64,000 bases of DNA from Antedon mediterranea (taxonomy: Eukaryota; Animalia; Echinodermata). Made by a program: the position numbers and the translations under genes. Positions 1-13,042 of this stretch are shown here, piece after piece (positions within the stretch are counted from its first letter, which is position 1; the number at the start of each line of letters is the position of its first letter). The notes below the pieces were generated by a model. That model was not told the origin of the DNA, searched no databases, and saw only the letters and a program-made list of their open reading frames with translations. The DNA is taken from NCBI RefSeq assembly GCF_964355755.1, contig NC_092670.1, positions 34,398,388-34,462,387 on the forward strand, read 5' to 3'.

Positions 1-3000
1 CAGAGAGGGTATGTCCATCGTTATCGTCAAGAGCTCGAAATATTTCCATCTGTATACATAAAGAAGCAAATATATCTTGGTAAAAGACATTCCATTTAAA
101 GCAATGTAATCAAGATATAGACATGTCGGTATTTTCGATTTTCAAATAGATGTTCTCTTTATTAAAAAAGCTTGGCTGCTTGCTACCTTAAGCCACATTC
201 ACATTAGCCCTAATTGTTACGTTTTCTATTATTTAACAAACGTATTCAGGTGAATATAACTTTAGTTCGACGTAAAAAATTTGCCCGGGTCCTCGCTAGC
301 CTAGCTAAGCCCAAGGCTTTTTAATTATAGTTGATGATTGTCATTTATTATTTCATTAGACATAGAAAATGTCTAAATAGAATAGGCTATTGGCGTTTTC
401 TACTTTGTCGATAGTCCAAGGAGATTCAAACGGTGAACAGACTTACCTGTTCTGATGAAAGTACAATGGATTTCTCAAAGACAGTCCATATTACAGCTTC
501 GTTACACGAAGGCGTAGTTAGCGACCCATCGTATCGGTAGAAGTGGTCGGTGGAATCGGGTAGAAGATGCGACAAGATAATTGTACTGTTGAGCGTAGCC
601 ACTTCTGCAAAAACGACAATTAAATGCTTATTATTACTAATTGCTGCGTGGCAGCTACATTCTCCATTCCCGCTTAAAGGCTTCCGAACTCCATCTTTAA
701 AATATGTAACGTTTTTGCAAATAACTTACCGTTGTCTTTAAGCTGCTGAACGGCAGCCAATATCGGCACGAAATCCTCATTATCAACATCTCCTACCTGA
801 CAATCAAACAAAAATGAATGAGTAATATTATGTCTCATTGATAATTGATGTAATCGGTAATCGGTGCATGCGTTGCAATTGCGGTAATCATTCGCGCCGT
901 AAGCTTGGTTCTCACTAGGATGCAACGTAAGGACGTAGGCCGCACGTCAACGAATTAACCCATCACAAGCAACAGATGGAATAAGCCTAGCTTTCGATTG
1001 GCCAATTCGCTTGCGTTGCGGCTTACGTCTTGCGTTACGTTCTAGTGGGAACCAAGCTTTAAGCGTGGTTCTCACTAGAGCCGCAACGTAACGCAATCTA
1101 CGCAACGCAAGAAAATGCCCTTCCAATAATTGTGTTTGCCCCCGCCTGCGTGAAATCAAACCTGTGATGTTTGCAGCATTGTCGCGTCGTCGGTTCCCGG
1201 TTGTGATAACGCAATACAGCACTTTGCGTCGATACGTCGCTGCGTTACGCTACGTTGCGTTCTAGTGGGAACCACGCTTTACTGAGCAAATGTATTCAAC
1301 TCACCTCAATATGAACGCCAAGAACGGCAAGACCAATCGGATCATTAACAGCATCAGCAAGTTCCATACCATCTTTCACGTGCACAATGTGCATCTGTTT
1401 AGAAAAATAATACTTCTTTATAAACGTTTACTATGCGATTGTTTTTTTAATTACTATTTTTTGGTCGGTCTATTGTAGAATATCGAAAAATCGAGATCAG
1501 TAGCCTATACACTATAGGATGTGTGCAAACTTCAAGTTAGCAAACTACTTTACTTGTGTTGACTTATATAAACTTGTTTTCTGCACTTTGCCGAAGTTAG
1601 TCAACAGCTGAACAAAGTTAGCTCAAGTTTGCAAACAATCGTTACAGGCTATGCTATAATACTGATAAAATCAAGTCACATCATCAGATGATTTCGACTA
1701 ATTCGACCATCAGATGATTTCGACCATATGATTTCGAAAACCTTTTAGTTTAGTTGTGTAGGGGTTGTAACCTAATATTATTGCAAATGGCAGCGGCCTA
1801 TACTACACTTGAGCAAGTCAACGGAAATCTTTTGGTGTCTCTACCAAATCATCATAATCTTATCTGGACTTACCTCAGCCGGATAATGTTGTCCATCAAC
1901 TGTGTGCTCAGAGCCTTGACTATCAATCGAGCCCCAATGAAAGTGAATTTGAGCTGCGTGGTACGCATCCGGTAGGCCACCACCACTGATATTATAGTCG
2001 CCTTCGAAAGCCAGTTGGACTGAAGTAGGTTTTTAATAATAGAAACAAAAAAGAAGAATAGGTATTATTAGTAACTATATCCAGAACATGAAGATTATTC
2101 GGTTACTATTGCACAATTGAAAGACACCATTCCACATACTAATTTCATTATTTCAAGAGGATTTAGTGAATATAAGATTCTATGAATATAAAGTATCTTT
2201 AGGCCTACATACGTAAGACTTTCCTTCGATGACAGTGTTTATAAAGTGTCATTCAAACCTCCTTCCGGAGTGGTACTTCAAGATGTTATTATAGGCCTAG
2301 TATGCACTAATTTACAATTTACTCTGATAAGCTGTCAGTTCTGTTTATCTTTTTTTACTATTCGTGGTACTAGACGACCATTTATATATACAGTATATAT
2401 TATACAGTATTTCTTTTACAAGAATATTTCTATAAGTATAATAAATCATAATGAACGGAAAACGTAGCCTATTTGATACAAAACCGGTTTGCAATGAGCC
2501 GAAGCTCTTAAACACATTACCCTATAATACCGTATCTAATTAGCAAATAAAACAATAAAAGTACAAATAAAAAGTAACAAAAGTGAACCCTACATGAGTG
2601 ATTATTTATTTATTAATAGTTGTATTTCCTTTTTAAAATTTCCAATTTTAGTTTCACACTTTTTGTTTTCAAGCAAACGGTTCCAAATATTTGCCCCTCT
2701 TTTTAGAGCAATACGGAAATCACTCTTCTTCCTCGTACCATACACGTATACAAATTCCATTTTTGTAAAATGGAACTGGTAAATTGCCCATACGGAATTG
2801 AAACATAAATACAGCAGTGTACTGATAAAAAAGTCAAAAATAGGTTTTTGTTATAAAATAAATTTGCTGATGTATGCTGATAATGCACTTTACATATAAT
2901 TCTGATCGCTCATTTTGAAGTATGTATATTCGCTGTAACTTCGTTTCCCCCGAAACGCCCCAAATAGGTATTGCAAATATTATAAGGTAAAATTAACGAG

Positions 3001-6000
3001 TTGTACATTATTAACAGAACATGTGAATATATTTAGGCTTGTGCAATACACCAATGACCCTTGCAGTTTTCATAGTAATGGTATCTATAGGGGTCCGGGA
3101 CCGCGACAGAATGACAACGGATGGGGACCCTCCAAAGAAATTGCATTTTATTTGCCAGGAATTTGTATGATTTATTTCTTTTTTATTTTTAAATGCGCCT
3201 TGAGCACTCTGGAGTGGTATGTGCGCTATAAAAATCTTATTATTATTATTATTATTATTATATGATCATGGAATGTTATAAACTCATCAATAATGACACC
3301 TATAAGAACTTGAGTTTACTAACTCCGACTTTCAATTTCAACATCATTAATGAATAAAGTATAGTTATTGGTATCTTTTTTCTTATACATGCTTCTAAAT
3401 CCAACACAACTTGGTGTCTTCTTTGTATTCAGACTCAATTTTTTTGCAGTAAACCAATCACTTAATTTACTTAATTCTATATTTAAAGTGTTAATTAAAA
3501 GATTTATATCAGCAAAAATGACAAATTCTAAATATTTACTACTTTCAAAAATGTCATTTTGTACAGATTATAAATAGTAACGGCCCAAGAATTGAGCCCT
3601 GTGGTACTCGACCATATTCAATCAGTTTTAATTCTGATTTACAGTTTCCCATGTGAACATATTGTTGTCTTATATATAAGTAGCTCTTAAACCTTTCAAG
3701 AACAATGCCCCAAATACCATAAAATTTGAGTTTTTGTAAGACTCTCACGATCTATCGTTAAGGATCGGTAAGCAGTATTTCAAAGAAGAAGAAGAAATGC
3801 CTTAAAAAGGGTTTAGGAAGACGTCGATACTTGTGTGTTCATCTATTGCTGAAGTAATTTTTTGTATTGTTTGTGAAAGTGTATGGCTCGTAGAGTGGTG
3901 TTTTTTGCGAAAACCAAACCGTGATTTATTAGGCCTAATGAGGTTAAGTTTGTCAAGTTATTGAGTCGTTCGATCATACACAACCCTTTCATAAATGTTT
4001 AAAAGGTACACTACAGGTATGTCATTTTTATCGCAATCGTTAATTCATCTTAAGGGTGAATTCCCCTTGCACATGGCCTAGCAAAACTTAGGACGTGTCG
4101 GCATCACGTTTTAGGTTATGTAAAGGGAGTGCTATATATGGAGGGTCTTGCCACTGTGGCTGATCAGGTTTCAAGATCTAGCCACCACTCTTTTAACAGG
4201 ACACGCACTCATTCTATTTACTACTACATCATAGATTCTCCTAACGCACGTAACCACCCCCCCCCCCCCCCCCCCCTCATCAGCCAGTTTTCCCCACCCT
4301 TCTCGTGACTTACCTGTGTGACCATTGTTAACCAAGGTTTGTGCAACAGATTCATCATCGTATCCAGCTATAACAAACTCGTCAAATGCTTTATACTCTG
4401 CTTCGTCAGATTCGACATCAATGGGAGATTGCCGTGAGCCAGCACAGCTTTCCGGAAATAATGTCGGCCACTCATTAACTAAAATGTAAAAAAAATATAC
4501 ATATCCGATTAACCTACGTCAATACTGAACAAGATTATAGTCTAATGGTCGGGTGAAAAATCATATATTGGAAGATAAAGTCGTTCACTATTCAGGATAT
4601 CATACATTGTGCGATTGAAAAACACAGCTCGGTGTTTTCTCCGGCGGCCATCGGACAGAATTTAAGCTCAATGGGAACTTTTTACTGGGGAGGATGTACA
4701 GCTTTTTTACTGTGGTAAAAGTATATCAAGTAAAAGACTTACCGTTATCATATGTGTATACAGCTGTGAAATATAAAAGAGAAAAGAAGAAAATTAAACA
4801 AATTTAAGTAGACTACATTTATTGTTATGTTTGTATTTTTTCTTTGGATAAACCATAAAAATATACTGATTTTTAATTTTTGCTACGTTTCCGCTACTAG
4901 CATCCTTGTTTACGCGAGAAAAGTCTGTCTACACTATATCAAACTAGTTTGACAAAAAAAAATGTGAAAATACATACATAAAGGTTGATAGTATAGACAA
5001 GGCTTTGTGTTGATGTATTTTCACACACACAAACATATTTGAAACCAGATGAATTGTTCGAGTATTTTATTGTCCGTCAGTATAAAGAATACATATCTAT
5101 CTATCTATTTGGTCGATTAAACGACGAGGCGTACAGTCGTCAGGAGAGGCCAAATTGTAGGCGTATCACTGATATCAACCTTAGGCCTACTTGTAGGCGT
5201 TGTTAATCACTGGTATCAACCTTAATCATTTGCTTTAAAAATAAATATAAAGTAATTTAATCCGAGATTATAATTGGATTTGATGTATTTTACGTGTTTT
5301 TTGTGACCGGGAAGTAATGAATTCAGTTAACCATATCCAGATTACTGTATTGCCTATTGTGTACGAATTTTGTCCTTTCTATTATTGTACTTTCACATTT
5401 ACGCTCTGTAGGTGAAGCCTGCAGGTTATTAGGATAGGGGTGCCGCTAACCGTAGTCATAAGGTTCAAGGCCCTCCTTGACCACTGATGATGCCGGTGGT
5501 CCAGTGTATTTTATAAAGAACCCATGTGTATCCTTCGTAATGGCATAGACCTATTTATAGGTCCTTAGTAAGAGCAGGGGATATTGTGAATAAGAATTAG
5601 TTCTAGTAAAGAATATAAACATCTATCTAGTTATTGGAACTTGTAAGAAAAATTTAAATAATGAGGGAGTATGTAGAGGTCATTTAAAAATAGTTTGTAT
5701 TCTTTTATATCGTGTCAAAATACAATTATTCTATTTTTCATCGGTCTAGCAGCCACCGACAGCAAAGATTCCATAAACGGTACTGTATTTATTAACTCGT
5801 GCATTGCTTAATTGTATCTTGTACTTGTACTTTTTCTTGCATTGTTCTGGTGGAATTTGATTTTGACAATGAAAGAAAGAATATACATCTCGAAAAAAAA
5901 CCCACCTACTTAAAAATTGTATTTTTGTCACAAATATGGCAGGTAATGTTTAAAAAAAATTTAAGTAATCTTGCCCATCTCGAAAAGAAACTCATCTTCA

Positions 6001-9000
6001 AAAGAAGCCCACCCAAGAATACTAAATACTAAAAAAAGAAGCTCATGGGCTTCTTTTCTAGGCTTACGGTATGCCTATTATAGTATCTTCCTTACAGTAC
6101 CGTATAATATACGGCCTACCATTCTTTCAGTTTTGATATCGTTATGACAAATACTAATAGAATAATAAGCTCTTTATCTTTATCTCTTTATCAAAACGAT
6201 AACTTTTCTCATCAAATTATGCATCTCAATTTCATAATCTGCCAGTCTGCCAGTATAAATAAAATATTTTATTTCATATTTCATTTCACATTTTTACCGT
6301 CCGACTGTAAAAAACAAAGTGGCCAAACTTGGTCATCCTTTTCCATTTTTAAACTACAGTACTTTCTTTTAGCTTTTGTTGTGAAACATTCATTATAATT
6401 TCTTACCAGCTGTTTTAAACTAGTCTTTCAATATTAATTCCTTTTAATTTTAGATTAAAAACATATTCTATCGCAAATTGTTATAATGTAATGTATTTTG
6501 TATATGTATATTTTATTTTGTATTTAAATTAGTTAATAGATGTTTATATTTATCATTTTATAGAGATCAGCTGGCGCGGCCTGCGTTATTGATAGGCCTA
6601 AACCAGTTACTTAACCAGCGCTCTCTTGCTAATTCTCAACTTCATTATCAACCAGGAAGCCACTAGTGTCTTTACACTAGCAGGTCTGAAAATAACACTA
6701 AAGTGGTCCAGAATTGGAACCGTGGCCCGGATTCCTCCAATGGAGTGGTCCTAACAAACAAACAAACCTCCTTACATACCTCTTCGGTGGAGGTAAATTA
6801 ATCAGTATAGTACTGTATTAAAACATAATTTATCCTCACAACATATTAGTCCTATAAGACAAAAACCTTTGATTTTTTTATTCCATGAAAGACAAATGAA
6901 TTGAATAGAAGAATAGGTTTACTAAAATTAGCATAATACAATTGGTGGTTGAAGTCGGTGGAGACGTTTTGTTAATACTGTACCACAATGGGAATTAGAT
7001 TACAAACCAGAGTTTTAAAAAAAGACCATTGAAACGTTATATCACTGTTCCGCCGGCCATGATACAAGAAAAGAGTATGGATTAATTGTTATTTATTCAG
7101 GTAAAATCTTAATTATGTAGATAAGGAATAATTGATCTTTCGCTTGACGAGTTGTTTCGAATACTGTAATATGCATTAGGTCTCCCAGACTATTTAGCCT
7201 ACTTTGTATCATCGGTAGGCCTAGCATTAGACCTAATTATAGTGAATCTAAATCTAATTTAGTAAAACTAAACTCAAAACTCATCTCTTCAGAGAAGCAT
7301 AATCACACGCTACTACTTGCACAGATCTTGGAAAACACAGCGCTTTGAAACCTTTGTCTCTTGCGCTTTATAAATGTTATTTATTATTATTATTATTTAT
7401 TATTTAAATAAAAGGGTTAGAATTTAATTATGTAATGAACCTTTATAAACTCTTTCTTTGTATGAACCCGGATGTACTTGATCTATCGTGGTTATTTGAC
7501 AAAACCATAATGGTTTTGATTGATTTATGACATTTATTACAATTCAGTGGGAGGCTTAGGTTAATTTTTCAGCAGACAAGGTGTAATCGTCGGTGCAGAC
7601 AGGGGTTGTTAACTTATTTTATACTATTATATTGTTATTTAAAATTGGTGACAAGGTTAAAATACATCATAATTCATTATTAACGTTTAACGCACTGCTA
7701 ATTTTGTTCCGGTTGACTTAATGAACATGTGGAGTCTGGTCCTACTTATTTTAACATGAAATCCCCAACGACTGTCTTTTCATGATCGGTCTATACCTAC
7801 TCAGACACTGAATTTGATGGATACCGCAGGCCTAGGCTACTATACTTCTGAAACTCATGCACATTAGATAGACCAAATGTTATTCACCTCCTCGAATTTT
7901 TAAGCCGCAGATTTCAGTTACCATTTTTGTAGTCGAACGACGGTCATAAGTGTCAAAAATCAAATAAAACAAAATCGATAAATTGTCAAGCTTTCGTGAT
8001 CATCAAGGTAAACCGCCATGACATGATCATATAATTCCTCACGAAAAACAAATTTCAAAATGTTTGGCTAATTTAAAGATGTATTGTCCCTTTGAGTAAT
8101 TCCGCCCCCCCCCCCCCCAATTTTTTTTTAATATTTCGAAAAAAAGTGTCTCATTTTGAAGTATCATGATAGTTATTAACTTTCACCAAAAATTTGTTGA
8201 AAACAAAATAATTTAACCGAAATACTGACGACGTTTTTTTGTTCAAACTTTGACTTCCAGTCAAAGTTTTTGATCAAAACATATTCATAATGCAATGCGC
8301 TTGTTTGGCTATACTCTGTATGCATAATCATAAAACTTTCTCGCGATCTGTGTGAAAACACCTTCTCAACCGCGACGAGTTGTAAACAATCCTAATTAGC
8401 ATCATGCATAATGCATACTCGTGGTTTGAAATCTTTGTTTACTTTCGCTCGTGACGATTTTCCAGATGAAATGTAATCAAATTTATTTACCTATTAATTA
8501 CGCAAACTTGTTGTTTTTGCCTCGAATTTTCGACTTAAAGTGAATAACTTTAATATTACTTTGATATGGCCAATTTAAATTTAGAATAATTTTTTTTCCA
8601 TTTTTTGTGTTTCAAGGGACAATACATCTTTAATTGATATAGGCTACTCATTTGCGCTTCTTTTTTAAAATGATACGTTGTTCTTTCTCCTACATAGTAC
8701 GCTCTTTGGAATGCGAAACCAGATGTCGATATAAATGTTGCGGTACACCACGTATATTAGTTTTGAGGCGGATCAAAGCACATTGATCGAAACGTCAAGA
8801 ATCTCAACAGTTCTTCTCAGAACCAATATACGTGGTGTACCGCAAAATTCATATCAAATTATAGTAATCTTTCTGTTGATCGAGTTTGTTCCGTAATAGA
8901 CCGTAAATATATAGAGTTATATAGCTCACTTGCCAGCCCACCCTACCGAAATGAGTCCTCCTATTTGCATAACAACGCATGGCTTACCAATCTGTGTCGT

Positions 9001-10234
9001 ACACAACTACGATGATATATACATTCTCTAAACACGTAACGAAGAGAATTATCAAATCTCATCTAAGTCCCCAAACCCCATACAACAACAAACGAAAACA
9101 AAATATTTGTTTTAAATATTTATCATGTTTATCTTGGACGGTGGCCCGGCAGCGATTTTTGTTTTCGTACATAAGTTGGGGACCCCCTCATGAAACGTCA
9201 CAAAATAAACATGAATAATTCATCAGTTAAATTTTCTTGTTCCGTGTGCACCCAAGCGTATAGCAACAAGAAGTGATTACACGAACAACTGCGATACGAT
9301 TCTTTCTACAGTAGGCCTAGGATTCTAGGTCAATTCACGTGATTGCCTTCGCGCACTATTCTTCACACAAAATGTGTCGAGTCGAGGCTAATCGACAGCT
9401 AGGCAAGACATTAAACTAAGTAGTAATTCATTGGACATAGCCCAAAAATAAAGAATGTGTATAATTTGTGTACTGTATTTTTTTAATTCTGCTATTTTAT
9501 TATCAAACAATATGCATGAACTCAAAGGAACTTTAAAAATGCGCGTATATGAACACATGAGATGGGAAGATTAGACCCACGAGAATAAAACATGTATTTT
9601 TGTGTAATGTTTAATTTTGCTGACTTATTACTCGGATTGTGTCATACCTAACACACACACGTCACACACATACACACCGTACCCACACAGCTACTACTAG
9701 AATAGACATGGGTTTAGAGACTAAAATTAGGCCTATAGTATTAATAGAAACTATAATTTTAACACGTAATTCTTTAGTAATAAATTATATTAAAAACACC
9801 ATAAACAAAGGCTGATTATTTCGACAATCCACACAAAACGCCGCTATTCTTCTATGAAATCGCACGCCGCAACAACAGCGGAGATAGGCCTAGAATCGTA
9901 CCGCACTAATTGTGTAATCACTTCTTGTTGGTATACGCTTGGGTGCACACGGAACAAGAAAATTTAACTGATGAATTATTCATGTTTATTTTGTGACGTT
10001 TCATGAGGGGGTCCCCAACTTATGTACGAAAAAAAAAATCGCGGCCCGGCAACACACGCCCGACGCTTCGGAGGTAGTTTTGTTCGTCGGGCGTGTTTTG
10101 TTCGACGGTTCGTCGGGCATCGTCGTACAACGCTATCCGAGTTGATAAAATACATTAAAAAAATACTCACAACTGCCGGCAAACACACTGTTGAAAAGAA
10201 GGCACACAGTGACTAAATTTAAATACAGCTTCAT
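1..10234 (-). CDS. Secreted alpha-carbonic anhydrase, spliced; 3' end runs off the window
   Basis: GT-AG exons with consistent phases: 10234-10171 ([21 protein letters not shown], signal peptide), 4763-4743 (21-nt micro-exon), 4478-4314 ([17 protein letters not shown]), 2019-1874 ([19 protein letters not shown]), 1394-1305 (MHIVH..GLAVLG), 796-730, 604-447 ([19 protein letters not shown]), 49-1 (MEIFRAL..). Zn-ligand His residues, the proton-shuttle His, gatekeeper Thr and the extracellular-CA Cys pair are present. Confidence 0.93.
902..1278. mobile_element. Two tandem palindromic MITEs (902-1058, 1062-1278), PIF/Harbinger-like
   Basis: Shared TIR AGC(T/G)TGGTTC(T/C)CACTAG; the second copy is flanked by TTA (1059-1061, 1279-1281). 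Confidence 0.7.
3265..4010 (-). mobile_element. Decayed non-LTR (CR1/L2-type) reverse transcriptase fragment
   Basis: Minus-strand translation gives [31 protein letters not shown], with frameshifts and stops. Confidence 0.75.
8077..8629. mobile_element. Non-autonomous DNA transposon with TTAA target site (Kolobok-like)
   Basis: TTAA|AGATGTATTGTCCC...GGGACAATACATCT|TTAA; related termini near 41745-41763 and 50730-51042. Confidence 0.7.
9152..10042. mobile_element. Mutator/MULE-like non-autonomous element
   Basis: Near-perfect TIRs of over 130 bp (GCGATTTTT.. / ..AAAAATCGC) and a 9-bp TSD GGCCCGGCA (9143-9151, 10043-10051). Confidence 0.85.
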
Positions 10235-10345
10235 TTTATCTGTATGTGTTTGCAAGTTTCCTTCTTAGAGAGTACAGAAAGCCTTTCTGATTCTACCGCT
10301 GTACTTCAATGAAGGAATGAATTGTGCTAAACGGTGAACGATGTG

Positions 10346-10391
10346 CTTATATATATGCAAATTGAAAGCGTTTCAAAAACCGCTGATTGGT
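10346..10391 (-). promoter_or_regulatory. Probable core promoter of the carbonic anhydrase gene (TATA + CCAAT)
   Basis: Minus-strand TATATATAAG at about 10346-10355 and CCAATCAG at about 10383-10390, 110-155 nt upstream of the ATG. Confidence 0.5.
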
Positions 10392-10605
10392 TAATAGTTG
10401 TTTCTTATCTCGTTCCCTTTTTTTGTATTGAACGATGTAACAATAAACCATTCACAGCCTTATATATGGCAATGCGGTGCGGTTACTATACAATGATACA
10501 CAATTCAAGAAATTTCTTAAAATCTTTATGACATATAGATCAGAAAAAAAAGTACGTTGTTTATTGATCGCATTCGTAAAGGTTACTGAAAGTGAAATGT
10601 TTACC

Positions 10606-10713
<108 letters not shown>

Positions 10714-12093
10714 GTGACATTACTGTAATTTGTTTTATATTTAAGTTACGTATATCCAGTAACTAATTTACTTTAATATTTATTATAATTATAAATCAAT
10801 CTAAGAACGAGATATAAAAGCTCATTTGAACTTTGAAGCATTGTGGTACAGGAGAAAAACAAGACTATAGATAAAGATCCATATCTCATCATACTGTGAA
10901 GGGTTCACAGTATAGTGATAATTATATTATCTGTAAAAATTTCGAGGAAGCGATATCGAGCTTTGTAATATCGATAGAGGGCGATTTTTTTTAGTCACCG
11001 AATTGCACCGAGCTACGTAAACATCCAAAAAACAAGGCACTTTTTTGTAGTAGGCCTAAGTCTATGCCCAGTGTTTTTAGATTGTTTTATGTGAATTTTG
11101 GGTTAATAGCATGGTGAATCAAGAAAGATAATTTTAAGGTAACTTCCTTTGTGTTTTAATTGTACTGCTTCTATTGAATTGGAGATAAGATCGCATTTTC
11201 TGGCTGCAGTGTAGTGTTGTTCGTGTGGTGTGGTTTAGCTAGGCCTGCCCATTCTATTCATCGGTTTTCTTTACTGGTGGTAGAACGCGCGCGCACGAGG
11301 TATCCACCTTTCAGCGGGTCTAGGCCTTGGCCTACTGTATGTGTCGTCGCCTAGTGCAGGTAATACAGTGAATATGATAGAGGTTTAGGCCTAATCAGGT
11401 ATACGAAAAAGCTCTGATTTTAATATTATCTCATCATACTTAATTAATTGTAGGGCCTAGAGGCCTAATATATGATGATACAATTTGTGGTGTCTGTGTG
11501 TGACACTTCTTTACAGTTATTAATTTGAAACAATATTAATATTAATAAATAGTGTATAAAATAAGGCCTAGAATATGAAATGAATTTACAGTATTGATTA
11601 GCCCTAGCCTAGTACTACTACTAGGCCTAGTAGACCTAGCCTACTCTAAGTTATTATATAATATAGAGACTAAATGCATGTCAATTGTATGACCCACTAT
11701 ATGACCACCGGGAAAGGTGAGACATTTCCAAATAATTGTTGGGTGCATAAAAAAACTCACTACAGTAGACTAGACATTGCTCCGGTTGCCTAATAAATAA
11801 CCCATCTTCAACTCTCAATTGCTAATCTATAGCTAAAAATTTCTCTACATACCATGTCACACAGCCTACACTTCCATTACTTTGAAATAAAATATTAATT
11901 CAATTCAATATTCATGGAATCTGTTCCATGGAAAATATATATTATATACTTATAATAATATTACCTTTAAATTAATACAAATTTAAAAGAAAGTATGAGA
12001 CTGAGTGTATTTATTATTGTATTGTATGGTTTTTATTTTGATTATAATGGAATAAAAATGTCGATTATTGAAGCAAACATGCTCTCATCTCAG

Positions 12094-12132
12094 ATGCTAT
12101 TCCATATGGAGAGCATCTTTGACTCATATAAG
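12094..12132 (+). CDS. Candidate upstream in-frame coding exon of the DIDO1-like gene
   Basis: ctcag|ATGCTATTC...TATAAG|gtaatt, 39 nt; splicing to the acceptor at 13040 gives in-frame MLFHMESIFDSYK-KMEENK. Confidence 0.45.
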
Positions 12133-12859
12133 GTAATTGTCAATCAACTATACATTATATATATATACAGTATATTATAATGTAAATTTTTCGTTTTTTT
12201 TAAATAAAAGTACAATTGTATTTTCCAAAATTGTGTATATATTTTAAGATTCTTAATATTTTAAATTTTAGTGAATAATTGTGAAATTTTGTAATTGTAT
12301 ATTCCGAATTTATTTTTGTAGTTTTTATAGATTTCATTTCAATATTTTTTATTGTAATACAAACGTTATTAGCTATGTGCTATTGTTTTTGTAATTTTAT
12401 ATACTGTATACCGTAATAAATAAATAAATAAATAAATAAATAAATATTATCAATGGTATACAGTACAAACAAAAATATGCTAATATAAAATGAAAAAATA
12501 CCGGTAATTAAACTCGATGTAAAACATGCGCAGTCGATCATGTGACGACAAGCAATAGCTTAGCGCTTCATGTACGTGGTACGCGGTAAAGTGTTTGCTG
12601 GAGAAATACAGACAACTTAACCGGCGGTAAAGACGTGTCTGGAAATACAGACACTCTATCGAATACGGCGCCTAAACAAGGGGGGAAGGCCAACTCAGAC
12701 AGCGTCGTACGACGCTGACTCAGACAGCGTCGTACGACGCTGTCTGAGTTGGCCTCATCATGAAAGCGTTAAGTTCTGGTGTCCATCGTTCAACTAGCCC
12801 AAGCCACAACAGAGAGTCTTAAATCAGTCTTTAGAACGTCAAATAAGGCAAATTTTGGA

Positions 12860-12960
12860 TCCTGACCGGGGGCCCTTGGCGGCCCCCTGGCCCCCAGCCA
12901 TTGTTGCTCGCTTTGCTCGCACCCCCCCCCCCCCCATTATAAATGCTGCATACGGGCCTG
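12860..12960. mobile_element. hAT-family terminal remnant
   Basis: GC-rich 12870-12920 is nearly the reverse complement of the hAT subterminal at 60352-60405; ends in ..GCTGCATACGGGCCTG. Confidence 0.55.
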
Positions 12961-13042
12961 ATGCTAGAGTATAAACGTAACTATGAAATGATGAATATAA
13001 GTATGCTTTATTGTAATATCGAGAATTGTTTAATCACAGAAA

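Noticed and set aside
6940-7101. Possible plus-strand first exon (CAG|GTAAAA) antisense within CA intron 1
   Set aside because: Only a donor-like site; no supporting ORF or partner exon.
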